Shown here: one piece after another, positions 1-9,487 of the stretch | How the letters are laid out: every line of letters starts with the position of its first letter | How positions within the stretch are numbered: the stretch's first letter is position 1 | Assembly (NCBI GenBank): GCA_934130935.1 | Contig: CAKOYQ010000001.1 | Location: forward strand, 95,979-159,978 | Direction of reading: 5' to 3' | Origin: an uncultured Clostridia bacterium | GTDB taxonomy: Bacteria; Bacillota; Clostridia; TANB77; CAG-508 | Length of the DNA: 64,000 nucleotides | Position numbers and translations under genes: made by a program | Notes under the pieces: model-generated | What the model was told of the DNA's origin: nothing | Seen by the model: only the letters and a program-made list of their open reading frames with translations | Databases searched by the model: none

Positions 1-70
1 TTCTAAAGTGTGCATATTTATATTGAACATATTCTTTAAGTAAAGTAGATATTGATAAACTACACTCAAA

Positions 71-541
71 TTAAAAAAATATCATATATGTTAATAATCC
101 TAGGACACCCAATTTAGTCATATCTTCTGTCATAAATGATTCTTCTTGAACCTTTTCGGCTTTTTCATCAACAACACTTATATTATAAGATTTGACATCT
201 TGAATTTTAAAGTAAGTTTCAAAGTCCTTTGTTTTGTTTGCATCTAAATTTCCTATCTCTAAATAATTTGTTCCTAACAAATTTCCTCTTTCAGAATATA
301 AATCTACTTTTAAATATTTTCCGCTTAAATTGTTATCTTCAGAATTTGTAACAATTCCATTAATTCTTCCATTTACTCTTGTGGCTTCCGCATTATTTAC
401 TGAAATTTGATTTGTTTGCTCCCATTTAGGAGTAATTGCTTTGTATGTTGAATTTATTCCATAATATATTAAAATATCCGATAATATCCAAAATAATACT
501 AACCATATAGCATATTTGGCAAATGTTTTTACTCTATCCAT
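71..541 (-). CDS. hypothetical membrane protein (N- and C-terminal hydrophobic segments)
   Basis: 156-aa ORF with an N-terminal TM helix (AIWLVLFWILSDILIYY) and a C-terminal hydrophobic tail. No recognisable catalytic motif. Confidence 0.35.
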   Translation of the reverse strand: MDRVKTFAKYAIWLVLFWILSDILIYYGINSTYKAITPKWEQTNQISVNNAEATRVNGRINGIVTNSEDNNLSGKYLKVDLYSERGNLLGTNYLEIGNLDANKTKDFETYFKIQDVKSYNISVVDEKAEKVQEESFMTEDMTKLGVLGLLTYMIFF

Positions 542-649
542 AAAATCCTCCCTTAGTTCTTATATATTATACAATATTTTCCCTCTAATGGCAAGTATTT
601 GTGTCTTATAAACCATTAAATAGTTACAGGATATGTTTTATTTTTCAAA

Positions 650-831
650 GAGAGACTTAAATATAAGCTTTGAATGAAATGACGAATGTGCATGGAGAAA
701 TTTTAGAAATTCTTATGTAGTTTTATGGTAAGAGTTCACGATAGTGGAAAGGACCCATAAAGCAAATTAGAATTTCTTAAATTTCGTAATAAGCCGAGGA
801 ATGTAATGAAAAGCTTATATTTAAGTCTCTC
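650..831. mobile_element. core repeat element copy A with 22-bp perfect terminal inverted repeats (MITE-like)
   Basis: The left end gagagacttaaatataagcttt and the right end aaagcttatatttaagtctctc are perfect inverted repeats. The conserved interior (gaatgaaatgacgaatg...gtaatgaaaag) is shared with the copies at 27207, 47078 and 60464. Confidence 0.6.
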
Positions 832-879
832 TTATAAAAAATCAAAATCATTATCTTATAACATTGAATCAGTCAATCT

Positions 880-1401
880 CTATTTTATTTCTTCCCAAAA
901 CACCATATTTTCTATATTATTTCTTTTATAATGTGCTTCACTTGGTTTAGAATCTTTAGCAGGATATCCAACAGGCATCAATGCAACAATTTCATAATTT
1001 TGTGGAATTTTATATATCTCTCTTACTTTTTGAGAATCAAAATATCCTATCCATGTTGTACCTAACCCTAAATCTTGTATTTCAAACATCATATGTGTTG
1101 CAACTATGCTCGCATCCACTACTCCTTCATCTCGATTATCGAATTTGCTCTTCCATGAAACATTTTTGTCATAACAAATAATAAACATTGTTTTAGCTCC
1201 CCAACCAAATTTTGTACATTCACTTAATTGGGATAATTTCTCTTCATCTTGTATTACTAATATTCTTTGTGGTTGATAATTTACAGCTGTTGGAGCAACC
1301 CTAGCCGCTTCTAATATTTTATCTATTTTGTCTCTTTCAACCTTTTGCTCTGTATAACTTCTGCATGAATACCTTGCTTTGGCAAGTTCTAAAAAATCCA
1401 T
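880..1401 (-). CDS. nitroreductase family protein
   Basis: 173-aa ORF. The N-terminal motif RYSCRSYTEQKV...ILEAARVAPTAVNYQPQR is typical of the NAD(P)H nitroreductase/FMN reductase fold. Confidence 0.7.
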   Translation of the reverse strand: MDFLELAKARYSCRSYTEQKVERDKIDKILEAARVAPTAVNYQPQRILVIQDEEKLSQLSECTKFGWGAKTMFIICYDKNVSWKSKFDNRDEGVVDASIVATHMMFEIQDLGLGTTWIGYFDSQKVREIYKIPQNYEIVALMPVGYPAKDSKPSEAHYKRNNIENMVFWEEIK

Positions 1402-1532
1402 TAAAATATCTCCTCCTAGAATAAACTTAATATTTAGTATTATAATAATTTAATTTCAAGAAGTCAATAAAATTTGAATATAACGTAACCAAAAAATTTA
1501 TATAAAATATAATACAATGAAAGGAGTTTTAT

Positions 1533-2240
1533 ATGGATTACGAATTAATGATGAACGGAAATGTTAAGATTGGTCAACATGCCCCAGATTTTACAGCAGA
1601 AACTACATATGGACCTGTTAAACTTGATGATTATAAAGGTAAATGGTTAGTGTTCTTCTCTCATCCAGGCGATTTTACCCCCGTATGTACCACTGAAATG
1701 ATTGCATTTGCAAATGCACACTCATATTTTGAAAAACTAAATACATGTTTATTAGGATTGAGTATAGACAGCAATGCATCACACTTAGCATGGATGCATG
1801 ACATCTATTGTATGACAGGGATAGTTTTACCATTTCCAATAGTAGCTGATAGAAATGCTTTAATAGCAAGAAAATATGGCATGATTTCTAATGAAATTAG
1901 TACAACAGAAACTGTTAGAAATGTATTTATCATTGATGATAAAGGAATTGTCAGAGTTATACTTGTATATCCTCTAAATATTGGCCGATTTATCCCAGAA
2001 ATATTAAGAATCATTCAAGCTTTGCAAATGGCAGATTATTCTAAAGGTTCTACACCAGCTAATTGGATGCCTGGTCAACCTGTAATCATACCATCCCCAA
2101 AGACATATCCTCAATTACAAGAACGTTTAGATTACATTAATCAAAATAATAATGGTATGAGTTGGTATTTAAGTTTTAAAAAACCACCAGAAATATGCGA
2201 AAAAGACACTTCTAAAAACTCAAACGATGATTGTAAATAG
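1533..2240 (+). CDS. peroxiredoxin (AhpC/TSA family, 1-Cys Prx6-like)
   Basis: 235 aa with the peroxidatic-Cys motif FFSHPGDFTPVCTTE and thioredoxin-fold length. The start at 1533 follows GGAG (aaggagttttatATG). Confidence 0.75.
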   Translation: MDYELMMNGNVKIGQHAPDFTAETTYGPVKLDDYKGKWLVFFSHPGDFTPVCTTEMIAFANAHSYFEKLNTCLLGLSIDSNASHLAWMHDIYCMTGIVLPFPIVADRNALIARKYGMISNEISTTETVRNVFIIDDKGIVRVILVYPLNIGRFIPEILRIIQALQMADYSKGSTPANWMPGQPVIIPSPKTYPQLQERLDYINQNNNGMSWYLSFKKPPEICEKDTSKNSNDDCK

Positions 2241-2266
2241 ATTTAAAGATTAAAGAAAAGGAACCT

Positions 2267-4489
2267 CTAGGCTCCTCTTTCTTTTAATTTTTTATTTTTA
2301 ACTATGTCAACACCATATGTTATTGCTAATGTACAAATAGTTATAGACATCAAAATCATAATATAACTACCCTTGAAATTTGTAGCAGTAGGAACTAAAA
2401 TTTCTCTCAATAATTTAATTGAATATGTCATTGGCAAATAAGGTGTTACTGATTGAAATCCTTTATCTATTGTCTCTATTGGGAATGTACCCCCAGATGC
2501 TGCTAGTTGTAAAACAAGAATTATTAGTGCTAAAAATTTTCCAATATCTCCAAAGTTTCTAATTAGGAATTGAATGATACTTGTAAATGTAATACCTATT
2601 AAGATACTAGCAAAATAATATAATGCACTATTTTGAACTTCATATCCTAAACCTAATTTTAACAATGCTGCAACTATTATTCCTTGAATTGCGCCTATTG
2701 CTATATAAATTATATTCTGTAAAAACTTCTTTTCACTATTATGGTCTAAAATTCCAAATCTATGCTTTTGATCATAATACAATACCACATAACACATTAA
2801 TGCTCCTACCCACAAACCAATACATAAGAATAGTGGAGTAAATGCTATACCATAAGAATTAACTTTTCCATATTCTTCTGTCTTAAATTCTACTGGGTCT
2901 TCTGCAAACTCTTCAATACCTGAAAGGCTTTTTAAATCATTATTAGTAGTTTCAATATTTTTATTTATTTCATCATTAAATTCTTGTAAACCATCTGTTA
3001 ATTGTGTGCTTCCAGAATATAATGAATCTGTTCCAGCAGATAATTTATTTAAAGCTGTTTTTACTTGTATAGAACTACTGTCTAATTTCTCTAAACCACT
3101 TTTTAAACTATTACTTCCACCTAACAATTTAGTAGTTCCATTTTTTAAACTTCTTACACCAGACTGCAATGATTTAGTACCTATTTGAACTTGTGCTAAT
3201 GCAGATTGTAAATTTGTTATTCCTGATGTAATCTGTCCTAATGATTCAGACTTTTTAGCTAATAGTTGAGTACCAGTATATAACTCATTTGAACCTGCTT
3301 TTACAGCTCCTTCTAAACCTATTAATTGGTTAGCACCAGCCATTATAGTTGGCTCCATCTTAGTCAATGCAGTTTCAGATGTTTTTATACCTGTTCCATT
3401 TTTTGTTAATGATTCTATCTCTTTACTTTCAATAATATTTTTAGCTTTTATCGCTAATTTTTGAACATTAGCATCTTCGCTATTCTGTAATTCAGATAGT
3501 TCTGTTAATAACTCGGAAATTTGAGTATTTGATTCATTAACTGAATCAATATATTTATTTACATTTCCTAATAAATAATTTGTTCCATTTATATATCCTA
3601 TTGTTCCATTTGCTAGAGATGTTGCTCCATCTGCATATGCAGATAATTTAATATTTAAGTTCCCAGCCCCATTATTTATATCTGTAATACCATTTGATAA
3701 TGCTTGAACACCATCAGCTCCTTTTGCAGCTAAATCGTTAACTCCAGAATTTATTTGAGAAACCGCATTATTTAATGAATCAGAACCTGTGTTTAATGTA
3801 TCAACACCAGAGCTTACTTGATTAAGACCACTTTCTAAAGATTTACTTCCTTCATATGCTGAATTTACACCAGTATTAAATTCTGTATAACTATTGTTTA
3901 AAGTTGTAGTTCCATCATTAACTTCCTTAATTCCATTAGTCAAAGTCTCTGAACCATTTAATAATTGACCTGATGCATCAGATATCTTTTCTAAACTGTC
4001 AGGCACACTTTTTAAATTATCAGATAAATTTCCTACTATTGCACCACTAACCTTTGCTTGTAAATTAATCTCCATAGTCTTTACCGCACTGTTAATTATT
4101 TGAGAAGATAAATAGTTTGATGCTTGATTTGGACTATATGTTATAGTTGATATTTGTTTATCTGTTGTTGAAGCACTATTTAAACTCTTAGTAAAATTAC
4201 TAGGAATAGTTATAGTAGCATAATACTTACCATTTTGCATACCTTCATTTGCCTCATCTAATGTTACAGGACATATATCAAAAGTTCCATCATCTTGCAA
4301 AGATTTTAAAAATTCATTTCCCTGATTTTCATTGTTTTCGCCATCATCTAAATTAACTACAGCAATTTTTAATCCTTTCAAATCACCATATGGGTCCCAA
4401 TAAGATTTTAGATAGAAAAAACTGTATATTATTGGTATTAATAAAACAACCGCAAAAATTATAACTTCTAAAATTTTTTCTTTTTTCAT
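2267..4489 (-). CDS. YhgE/Pip domain membrane protein (phage infection protein-like)
   Basis: 740 aa with an N-terminal TM, a long extracellular region of repeated LxxGxxxLxxG-type Ser/Asn-rich segments, and a C-terminal multi-TM ABC-2-like bundle. It has the typical TetR partner immediately upstream. Confidence 0.65.
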   Translation of the reverse strand: MKKEKILEVIIFAVVLLIPIIYSFFYLKSYWDPYGDLKGLKIAVVNLDDGENNENQGNEFLKSLQDDGTFDICPVTLDEANEGMQNGKYYATITIPSNFTKSLNSASTTDKQISTITYSPNQASNYLSSQIINSAVKTMEINLQAKVSGAIVGNLSDNLKSVPDSLEKISDASGQLLNGSETLTNGIKEVNDGTTTLNNSYTEFNTGVNSAYEGSKSLESGLNQVSSGVDTLNTGSDSLNNAVSQINSGVNDLAAKGADGVQALSNGITDINNGAGNLNIKLSAYADGATSLANGTIGYINGTNYLLGNVNKYIDSVNESNTQISELLTELSELQNSEDANVQKLAIKAKNIIESKEIESLTKNGTGIKTSETALTKMEPTIMAGANQLIGLEGAVKAGSNELYTGTQLLAKKSESLGQITSGITNLQSALAQVQIGTKSLQSGVRSLKNGTTKLLGGSNSLKSGLEKLDSSSIQVKTALNKLSAGTDSLYSGSTQLTDGLQEFNDEINKNIETTNNDLKSLSGIEEFAEDPVEFKTEEYGKVNSYGIAFTPLFLCIGLWVGALMCYVVLYYDQKHRFGILDHNSEKKFLQNIIYIAIGAIQGIIVAALLKLGLGYEVQNSALYYFASILIGITFTSIIQFLIRNFGDIGKFLALIILVLQLAASGGTFPIETIDKGFQSVTPYLPMTYSIKLLREILVPTATNFKGSYIMILMSITICTLAITYGVDIVKNKKLKERGA

Positions 4490-4492
4490 AAA

Positions 4493-5065
4493 TTAATCAA
4501 CATCCTTTCTTAAACCATTTTTTAAAATCTCAGAAATACTACTTGCTATCATTTGTTCATCTAATTCTTTTTCGTGTTCATTCCATTCAAACATTAAAGC
4601 AATATACATTTTGTATATTAAAAATGAAGTAATATCTGCATTTTTATAATCAATGTAACCATTTTCTTTAGCTTTTTCTAGTTTTGTCTTTATATAATTT
4701 TGTATCTGTGTATCAATTAATTCTAAACTATTTATAATAACAGGATTTTTAAGCCATTCTGCTTCTTTTGTTATAATATTTAAAAAATCTTTATCTTTTC
4801 TATATTTTAAAAGACTATAAATAGATTGATTTACAGTTTCAAAAAAATCCAAATTTTTATTATCTATTTCTTCTACAATGTTTTTCATATTAACAATTTC
4901 TTCTTGTATAAAATATTTTAATAAGTCTTCTTTACTAGAAAAATAAGAATAAATAGTTTTTTTAGTTACATTAGCTTCTCTTGCTATTTCATCCATAGAA
5001 ACTTTTTTAAATCCATATTTATGAAATAACAACCTTGCAGATTCAATAACATTTTCTTTCTTCAT
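4493..5065 (-). CDS. TetR/AcrR family transcriptional regulator
   Basis: 190 aa with an N-terminal HTH (LFHKYGFKKVSMDEIAREANVTKKTIYSYF). It overlaps the downstream YhgE gene by a few nt, so the two form an operon. Confidence 0.7.
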   Translation of the reverse strand: MKKENVIESARLLFHKYGFKKVSMDEIAREANVTKKTIYSYFSSKEDLLKYFIQEEIVNMKNIVEEIDNKNLDFFETVNQSIYSLLKYRKDKDFLNIITKEAEWLKNPVIINSLELIDTQIQNYIKTKLEKAKENGYIDYKNADITSFLIYKMYIALMFEWNEHEKELDEQMIASSISEILKNGLRKDVD

Positions 5066-5101
5066 TTAAATTCCCCCCTCTGTATGAATGTTTTTACACT
5101 A

Positions 5102-5128
5102 ATATACTCATCTAGTGATTTAGTATAT
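5102..5128. promoter_or_regulatory. candidate TetR operator palindrome (ATATACT-N13-AGTATAT) upstream of the tetR/yhgE operon
   Basis: Inverted repeat atatactcatctagtgatttagtatat, 35-60 nt upstream of the tetR start codon. Confidence 0.3.
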
Positions 5129-5164
5129 CATATTTTAAGGAAAATGTCAACACATTTGCCACAA

Positions 5165-5193
5165 AAAAACAAAAAGGCCATATTTAGCCTTTT
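5165..5193 (-). terminator. rho-independent terminator downstream of the Ca2+-ATPase gene
   Basis: Minus strand reads aaaaggctaaatatggcctttt followed by a T-rich run, about 25 nt after the stop codon. Confidence 0.55.
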
Positions 5194-5216
5194 CGTTTTT
5201 TGTTGCTATATTTTTT

Positions 5217-8015
5217 TTATTCACCTGCAACTGTATTTACTTTAAATAATTTTAATAATTCAACAATGGCTATTGGTGCTAACACTAATGCCATAACTTC
5301 TATCATGTTTCCAAGTGGTAGAATTGGTATACTAAACACGTGTCTTAAAGCAGGGACAGTCAATATTATAACCATTAAAAATGCTGAAAAAAGAACAGCC
5401 CATATTAATATCGGATTGCCTAATATTCCTGTTTTAAATATTGAATTTTTATTATCACGTATATTAAATACATGAACTAATTCAGAAAATGCTAATACGA
5501 TAAATACCATAGTTTGGCCAATCTCAATTTTAATTTCTTCTTTAGATATATATTCTCCGCCATTTGCTAATACTTCGTCCAAATTATCTATTTCTTCAGC
5601 TGATATTACCTGGTTCTCGTATGATATCATAGTTGGTAATTTATCATCAGGTGTTGCTAATCCTATTAGAAATGCTATAAGTGTAAGTAATCCAATCATT
5701 ACACCTTGATATATAATTCTAAAAGTTCTACCTTTTGTAAATATTCCCTCATCCTTTTTTATTGGTTTTCTATTCATTACATCTTTATTCGCTGGATCAA
5801 ATGCTAATGCCAATGCAGGAAATGTATCTGTTACAAGGTTTATCCATAATATATGAATTGGAAGTAAAACTTGTATCATTGTTACATCAGATATGCCAAA
5901 CCAACTAGCTATTGCTGGAGCAAATAATGTAGCCAATAGTAATACTATAACCTCTCCAACATTACATGAAATTAAAAATTGTATTACTTTTAGAATATTA
6001 TCATATATACGTCTTCCCTCTTCAACTGCTGATACTATTGTTGCAAAATTATCATCTGTTAAAATAACATCTGCAGCTTCTTTTGCAACTTCTGTTCCAA
6101 CTTTTCCCATTGCACATCCAATATCAGATGTTTTCAATGCTGGGCTATCATTTACACCATCACCTGTCATAGCAACTACTTCACCATTTGCTTGCCAAGC
6201 TTTTACTATACGGACTTTATGTTCAGGTGATACTCTTGCATACACTGAATATTTTCTTATATCTTTTGTTAATTGTTCATCAGATATCTTATCTAGCTCC
6301 AGTCCTGTTAGAGCCTCATTCTCATTTTCTAATATTCCTAATTTTTTTGCAATCGCAACTGCTGTAATTTTATGATCTCCTGTAATCATTACAGTTTTGA
6401 TTCCTGCATGTTTACATTTTTCAACAGCTTTTTTAGCCTCTTCTCTTGGCGGATCTATCATCCCAACCATTCCTATAAATGTAAGACCGCTTTCTATTGT
6501 TTTCATTTCTTCTTTTGACGGCTTATGGTCAATTTCTTTATATGCAAATGCCAATACTCTTAGTGCATCTTTTGCCATATCTTCATTGTTTTCTCTTATC
6601 CAATTAGCATATTCATCTATGTTTGTTTTTACTTCACCTTTGAATAAATATGAATTACATATTTTTAATAATTCATCTACTCCACCTTTTGTATAAATTG
6701 TATATTTTCCGTTGTTTTCATTTACAGTTGTCATTAATTTTCTTTCAGAATCAAATGGTATTTCTTCTACTCTTTTGTTTTCTCTATAAATTGATTGTTC
6801 ATAATCTTGTTTTAATGCCATATCTATTAATGCTGTTTCTGTAGGATCTCCTGTAATTTCGCAATTTTCAAGTATCCTAGAATCATTGCATAACATACAG
6901 TTGTATACTAATTTATTAAAATCATCTGTTGCATCAACTTTTTCTAAATCTACTGTTGTATCATTGCAAAATATTTTTTCAACAGTCATTTTGTTTTGTG
7001 TCAATGTTCCTGTTTTATCTGAACATATTACTGTACTGCTACCTAAAGTTTCTACAGCTGGTAATTTTTTTACAATAGCATGCTTCTTTACCATTTTTTG
7101 AACACCTATCGCTAATACTATTGTTGAAACAGCAACTAATCCTTCTGGTATTACAGCTACTGCAAGTGATACAGCTGTCATAAACATTCCAACTACACTC
7201 TTTCCTTGTAATAGACCTATAACAAATATTACTGCACATATTACTAAAGCTGCAATTCCAAGTGTTTTTCCTAAACTGTTTAATCTTGTTTGAAGTGGTG
7301 TTTCTTGTTTTTCTGTATTATTTAACATCCCTGCAATTTTACCAACTTCTGTATTCATACCAGTCTCAACTACAACTGCTTTTCCTCTACCATATGTAAT
7401 TAAACTTGATGAAAACAACATATTTACTCTATCGCCAATTCCAATTTCAGTTCCCTCGATAGCCATTATCTCTTTTTCTACTGGTACAGATTCACCTGTT
7501 AGTGAACTTTCTTGAGCTTTTAAATTAACAGCCTCTACTATTCTTAAATCAGCTGAGACATAATCTCCTGTTTCTATTATTACTATATCTCCAGGTACCA
7601 ACTCTCTCGCAGGAATAATTTGTTCCTTTCCATCTCTTATAACTTTTGCAGCATGTTCACTTAGTTTCTTTAATGCCTCTAATGATTTTTCAGCTTTGCT
7701 TTCTTGTGCTACTCCAATTACTGCATTTAGTAATACTACTATTAATATTATTATTGTATCAGTAAATCCCTCTCCTTGTGCAACTCCTACTACTCCTGAA
7801 ACTATTGCAGCTATTATTAATACTATTATTGAAAAATCTTTAAATTGAGCTATAAATTTTTTAATTAATGATTCTTTTTTCTTTTCTTTTAATTCATTAA
7901 GTCCATATTTTTCTTTATTCTCTGTCAACTTAATATTGCTTAAACCTTTTTCCAAATTTGTTCCTAGCTCTTTTTCAACATCTTTTACTTCTTTGTTAAA
8001 CCACTGCTTTTCCAT
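5217..8015 (-). CDS. calcium-translocating P-type ATPase (P2A/PMCA-like)
   Basis: 932 aa with the CSDKTGTLT phosphorylation motif, the TGDGVNDSPALK hinge, and an arrangement of about 10 TM helices. An N-terminal Cation_ATPase_N-like segment is present. Confidence 0.85.
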   Translation of the reverse strand: MEKQWFNKEVKDVEKELGTNLEKGLSNIKLTENKEKYGLNELKEKKKESLIKKFIAQFKDFSIIVLIIAAIVSGVVGVAQGEGFTDTIIILIVVLLNAVIGVAQESKAEKSLEALKKLSEHAAKVIRDGKEQIIPARELVPGDIVIIETGDYVSADLRIVEAVNLKAQESSLTGESVPVEKEIMAIEGTEIGIGDRVNMLFSSSLITYGRGKAVVVETGMNTEVGKIAGMLNNTEKQETPLQTRLNSLGKTLGIAALVICAVIFVIGLLQGKSVVGMFMTAVSLAVAVIPEGLVAVSTIVLAIGVQKMVKKHAIVKKLPAVETLGSSTVICSDKTGTLTQNKMTVEKIFCNDTTVDLEKVDATDDFNKLVYNCMLCNDSRILENCEITGDPTETALIDMALKQDYEQSIYRENKRVEEIPFDSERKLMTTVNENNGKYTIYTKGGVDELLKICNSYLFKGEVKTNIDEYANWIRENNEDMAKDALRVLAFAYKEIDHKPSKEEMKTIESGLTFIGMVGMIDPPREEAKKAVEKCKHAGIKTVMITGDHKITAVAIAKKLGILENENEALTGLELDKISDEQLTKDIRKYSVYARVSPEHKVRIVKAWQANGEVVAMTGDGVNDSPALKTSDIGCAMGKVGTEVAKEAADVILTDDNFATIVSAVEEGRRIYDNILKVIQFLISCNVGEVIVLLLATLFAPAIASWFGISDVTMIQVLLPIHILWINLVTDTFPALALAFDPANKDVMNRKPIKKDEGIFTKGRTFRIIYQGVMIGLLTLIAFLIGLATPDDKLPTMISYENQVISAEEIDNLDEVLANGGEYISKEEIKIEIGQTMVFIVLAFSELVHVFNIRDNKNSIFKTGILGNPILIWAVLFSAFLMVIILTVPALRHVFSIPILPLGNMIEVMALVLAPIAIVELLKLFKVNTVAGE

Positions 8016-8415
8016 TTACATCTTTCCTTTCTTCATTATTAGTCTAAATCAATTCTTTTTATTATATTATAACCATTTATGAAAATAATAAGACTCTTAA
8101 AGAAAAAATACATAATTTTTTCTTTAAAAGTCTCGTTTACTTTCTACTTGATGTCTGTTATTCTTTCGAACAAGCTTGCTAACCAGATTTACTTTCTATA
8201 AAAATAGAAAAATCGCGATTGTTGATTAGCAATTTAAAACTACTCCCTTTTAAGGTTATATATATAAAGTTCTTTATAGTTATTCTTAGTTATAAAAAAC
8301 TAAAGTACTAAAAAGTATTAATTAATTATATGACGATTATACATATATTATTCTTGCTTGTCAAGTTTTATTTGTAAATATTTTTTAAATATTAAGAATA
8401 ATATTTAAAAAATAA

Positions 8416-8444
8416 TTGACTTAAAAGAAAAATTGTGATATAAA
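8416..8444 (+). promoter_or_regulatory. sigma-A type promoter for tRNA-Glu (TTGACT-17-TATAAA with upstream TGTG extended -10)
   Basis: ttgacttaaaagaaaaattgtgatataaat lies about 18 nt upstream of the mature tRNA 5' end. Confidence 0.45.
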
Positions 8445-8461
8445 TATTAAGTATTAAAAAT

Positions 8462-8536
8462 GGCCCGTTGGTCAAGCGGTTAAGACGCCACCCTCTCAAG
8501 GTGGAATCATGAGTTCGATTCTCGTACGGGTCACCA
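8462..8536 (+). tRNA. tRNA-Glu (anticodon CUC as read from the loop ctCTCaa; encoded CCA)
   Basis: The acceptor stem ggcccgt/acgggtc and the D-arm gtcaagcggttaagac match the bacterial tRNA-Glu identity. The anticodon stem is ccacc/ggtgg, the loop is c-t-CTC-a-a, and the T-loop is ttcgatt. Confidence 0.85.
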
Positions 8537-8564
8537 TAATAATTTTATACTAACACATATAAAG

Positions 8565-8601
8565 AAAAAACATTACTAAATTTTAATTAGTAATGTTTTT
8601 T
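8565..8601. terminator. bidirectional rho-independent terminator after tRNA-Glu
   Basis: aaaaaacattactaa-attttaat-tagtaatgtttttt is a perfect 13-bp stem flanked by A-run and T-run. Confidence 0.6.
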
Positions 8602-8640
8602 CTTATATACGAAGAAACAACTAAAAGTAGCCACAATGAG

Positions 8641-9399
8641 CTACTTTATAAAGTCATCTAACTGTCTATATCTAATTATGAAAAATACTGCTCCAATCAA
8701 AAGTATTATTGATATTGTAATTATAGTACTTTTTATTCCAGCTTTAGGCAAATTTTGACCTGCTAAAGACTTATCTATTATCGAACTCTCTTGGTCAACT
8801 TCATCTATTTCATCATTAGAATTTTCATCTTCCGAACTATCTTCATCATCACTAGGCTCTTCTTCATTCTCATCATCTGGGCTTTCTTCTGTGTCATCTT
8901 GTTCTTCATCTCCGTTGTCTAAGTTGTCTTGACTGTCATCATTCAAATCGTCTTCATCTGAATTATCTGCATCTGCACTAAGTGTATCTCCAACTTTATA
9001 ATCTACCCATTCCTTTACAGCTGAAATATTTTCTTTTGTTTCATCTATATTTTCATCTGATAAATCTCTCGTTTGTGCCTTAAGTTCTGTGCTTATTGAA
9101 GTTTTTATTAGTGGGTTTATTCCTACTATATTATTAAATTTGCCAATATCTGAACTTAATTTTTGTTTCAATGAATTATTGACTTTTGTTGCATTATATA
9201 AATCTTCATGTATCATATCCACTACTTTTTTTAATTGTTTTAAATCCCCTAAGTCATCTTCATGTTTTTCTAATAAATTCTTTAAGTTCTTGCTTTTTGT
9301 ACTCGCATAAACAGTATTAGTATTTGCACACACAAGTACTAATAAACACATTAATACGATAGATAGCAACTTTTTATTTGCATTTATAAATTTTTTCAT
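8641..9399 (-). CDS. secreted acidic surface protein with C-terminal LPKAG-TM-RYR sorting-signal-like anchor
   Basis: 252 aa. It has a signal peptide (MKKFINANKKLLSIVLMCLLVLVCANTNTVYAST) and a ~70-aa low-complexity tract of about 60% D/E/S/N. The C-terminus reads LPKAG + hydrophobic helix + RYRQLDD, the arrangement of an LPxTG-type sortase substrate. Confidence 0.5.
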   Translation of the reverse strand: MKKFINANKKLLSIVLMCLLVLVCANTNTVYASTKSKNLKNLLEKHEDDLGDLKQLKKVVDMIHEDLYNATKVNNSLKQKLSSDIGKFNNIVGINPLIKTSISTELKAQTRDLSDENIDETKENISAVKEWVDYKVGDTLSADADNSDEDDLNDDSQDNLDNGDEEQDDTEESPDDENEEEPSDDEDSSEDENSNDEIDEVDQESSIIDKSLAGQNLPKAGIKSTIITISIILLIGAVFFIIRYRQLDDFIK

Positions 9400-9487
9400 T
9401 TTTTCATCTTCCTCATATTCTTTTGTTTAATTTTTTCTCTATACTGAAAGTATATCACATTATGTCTATTAAAGTCAATACCATTAA

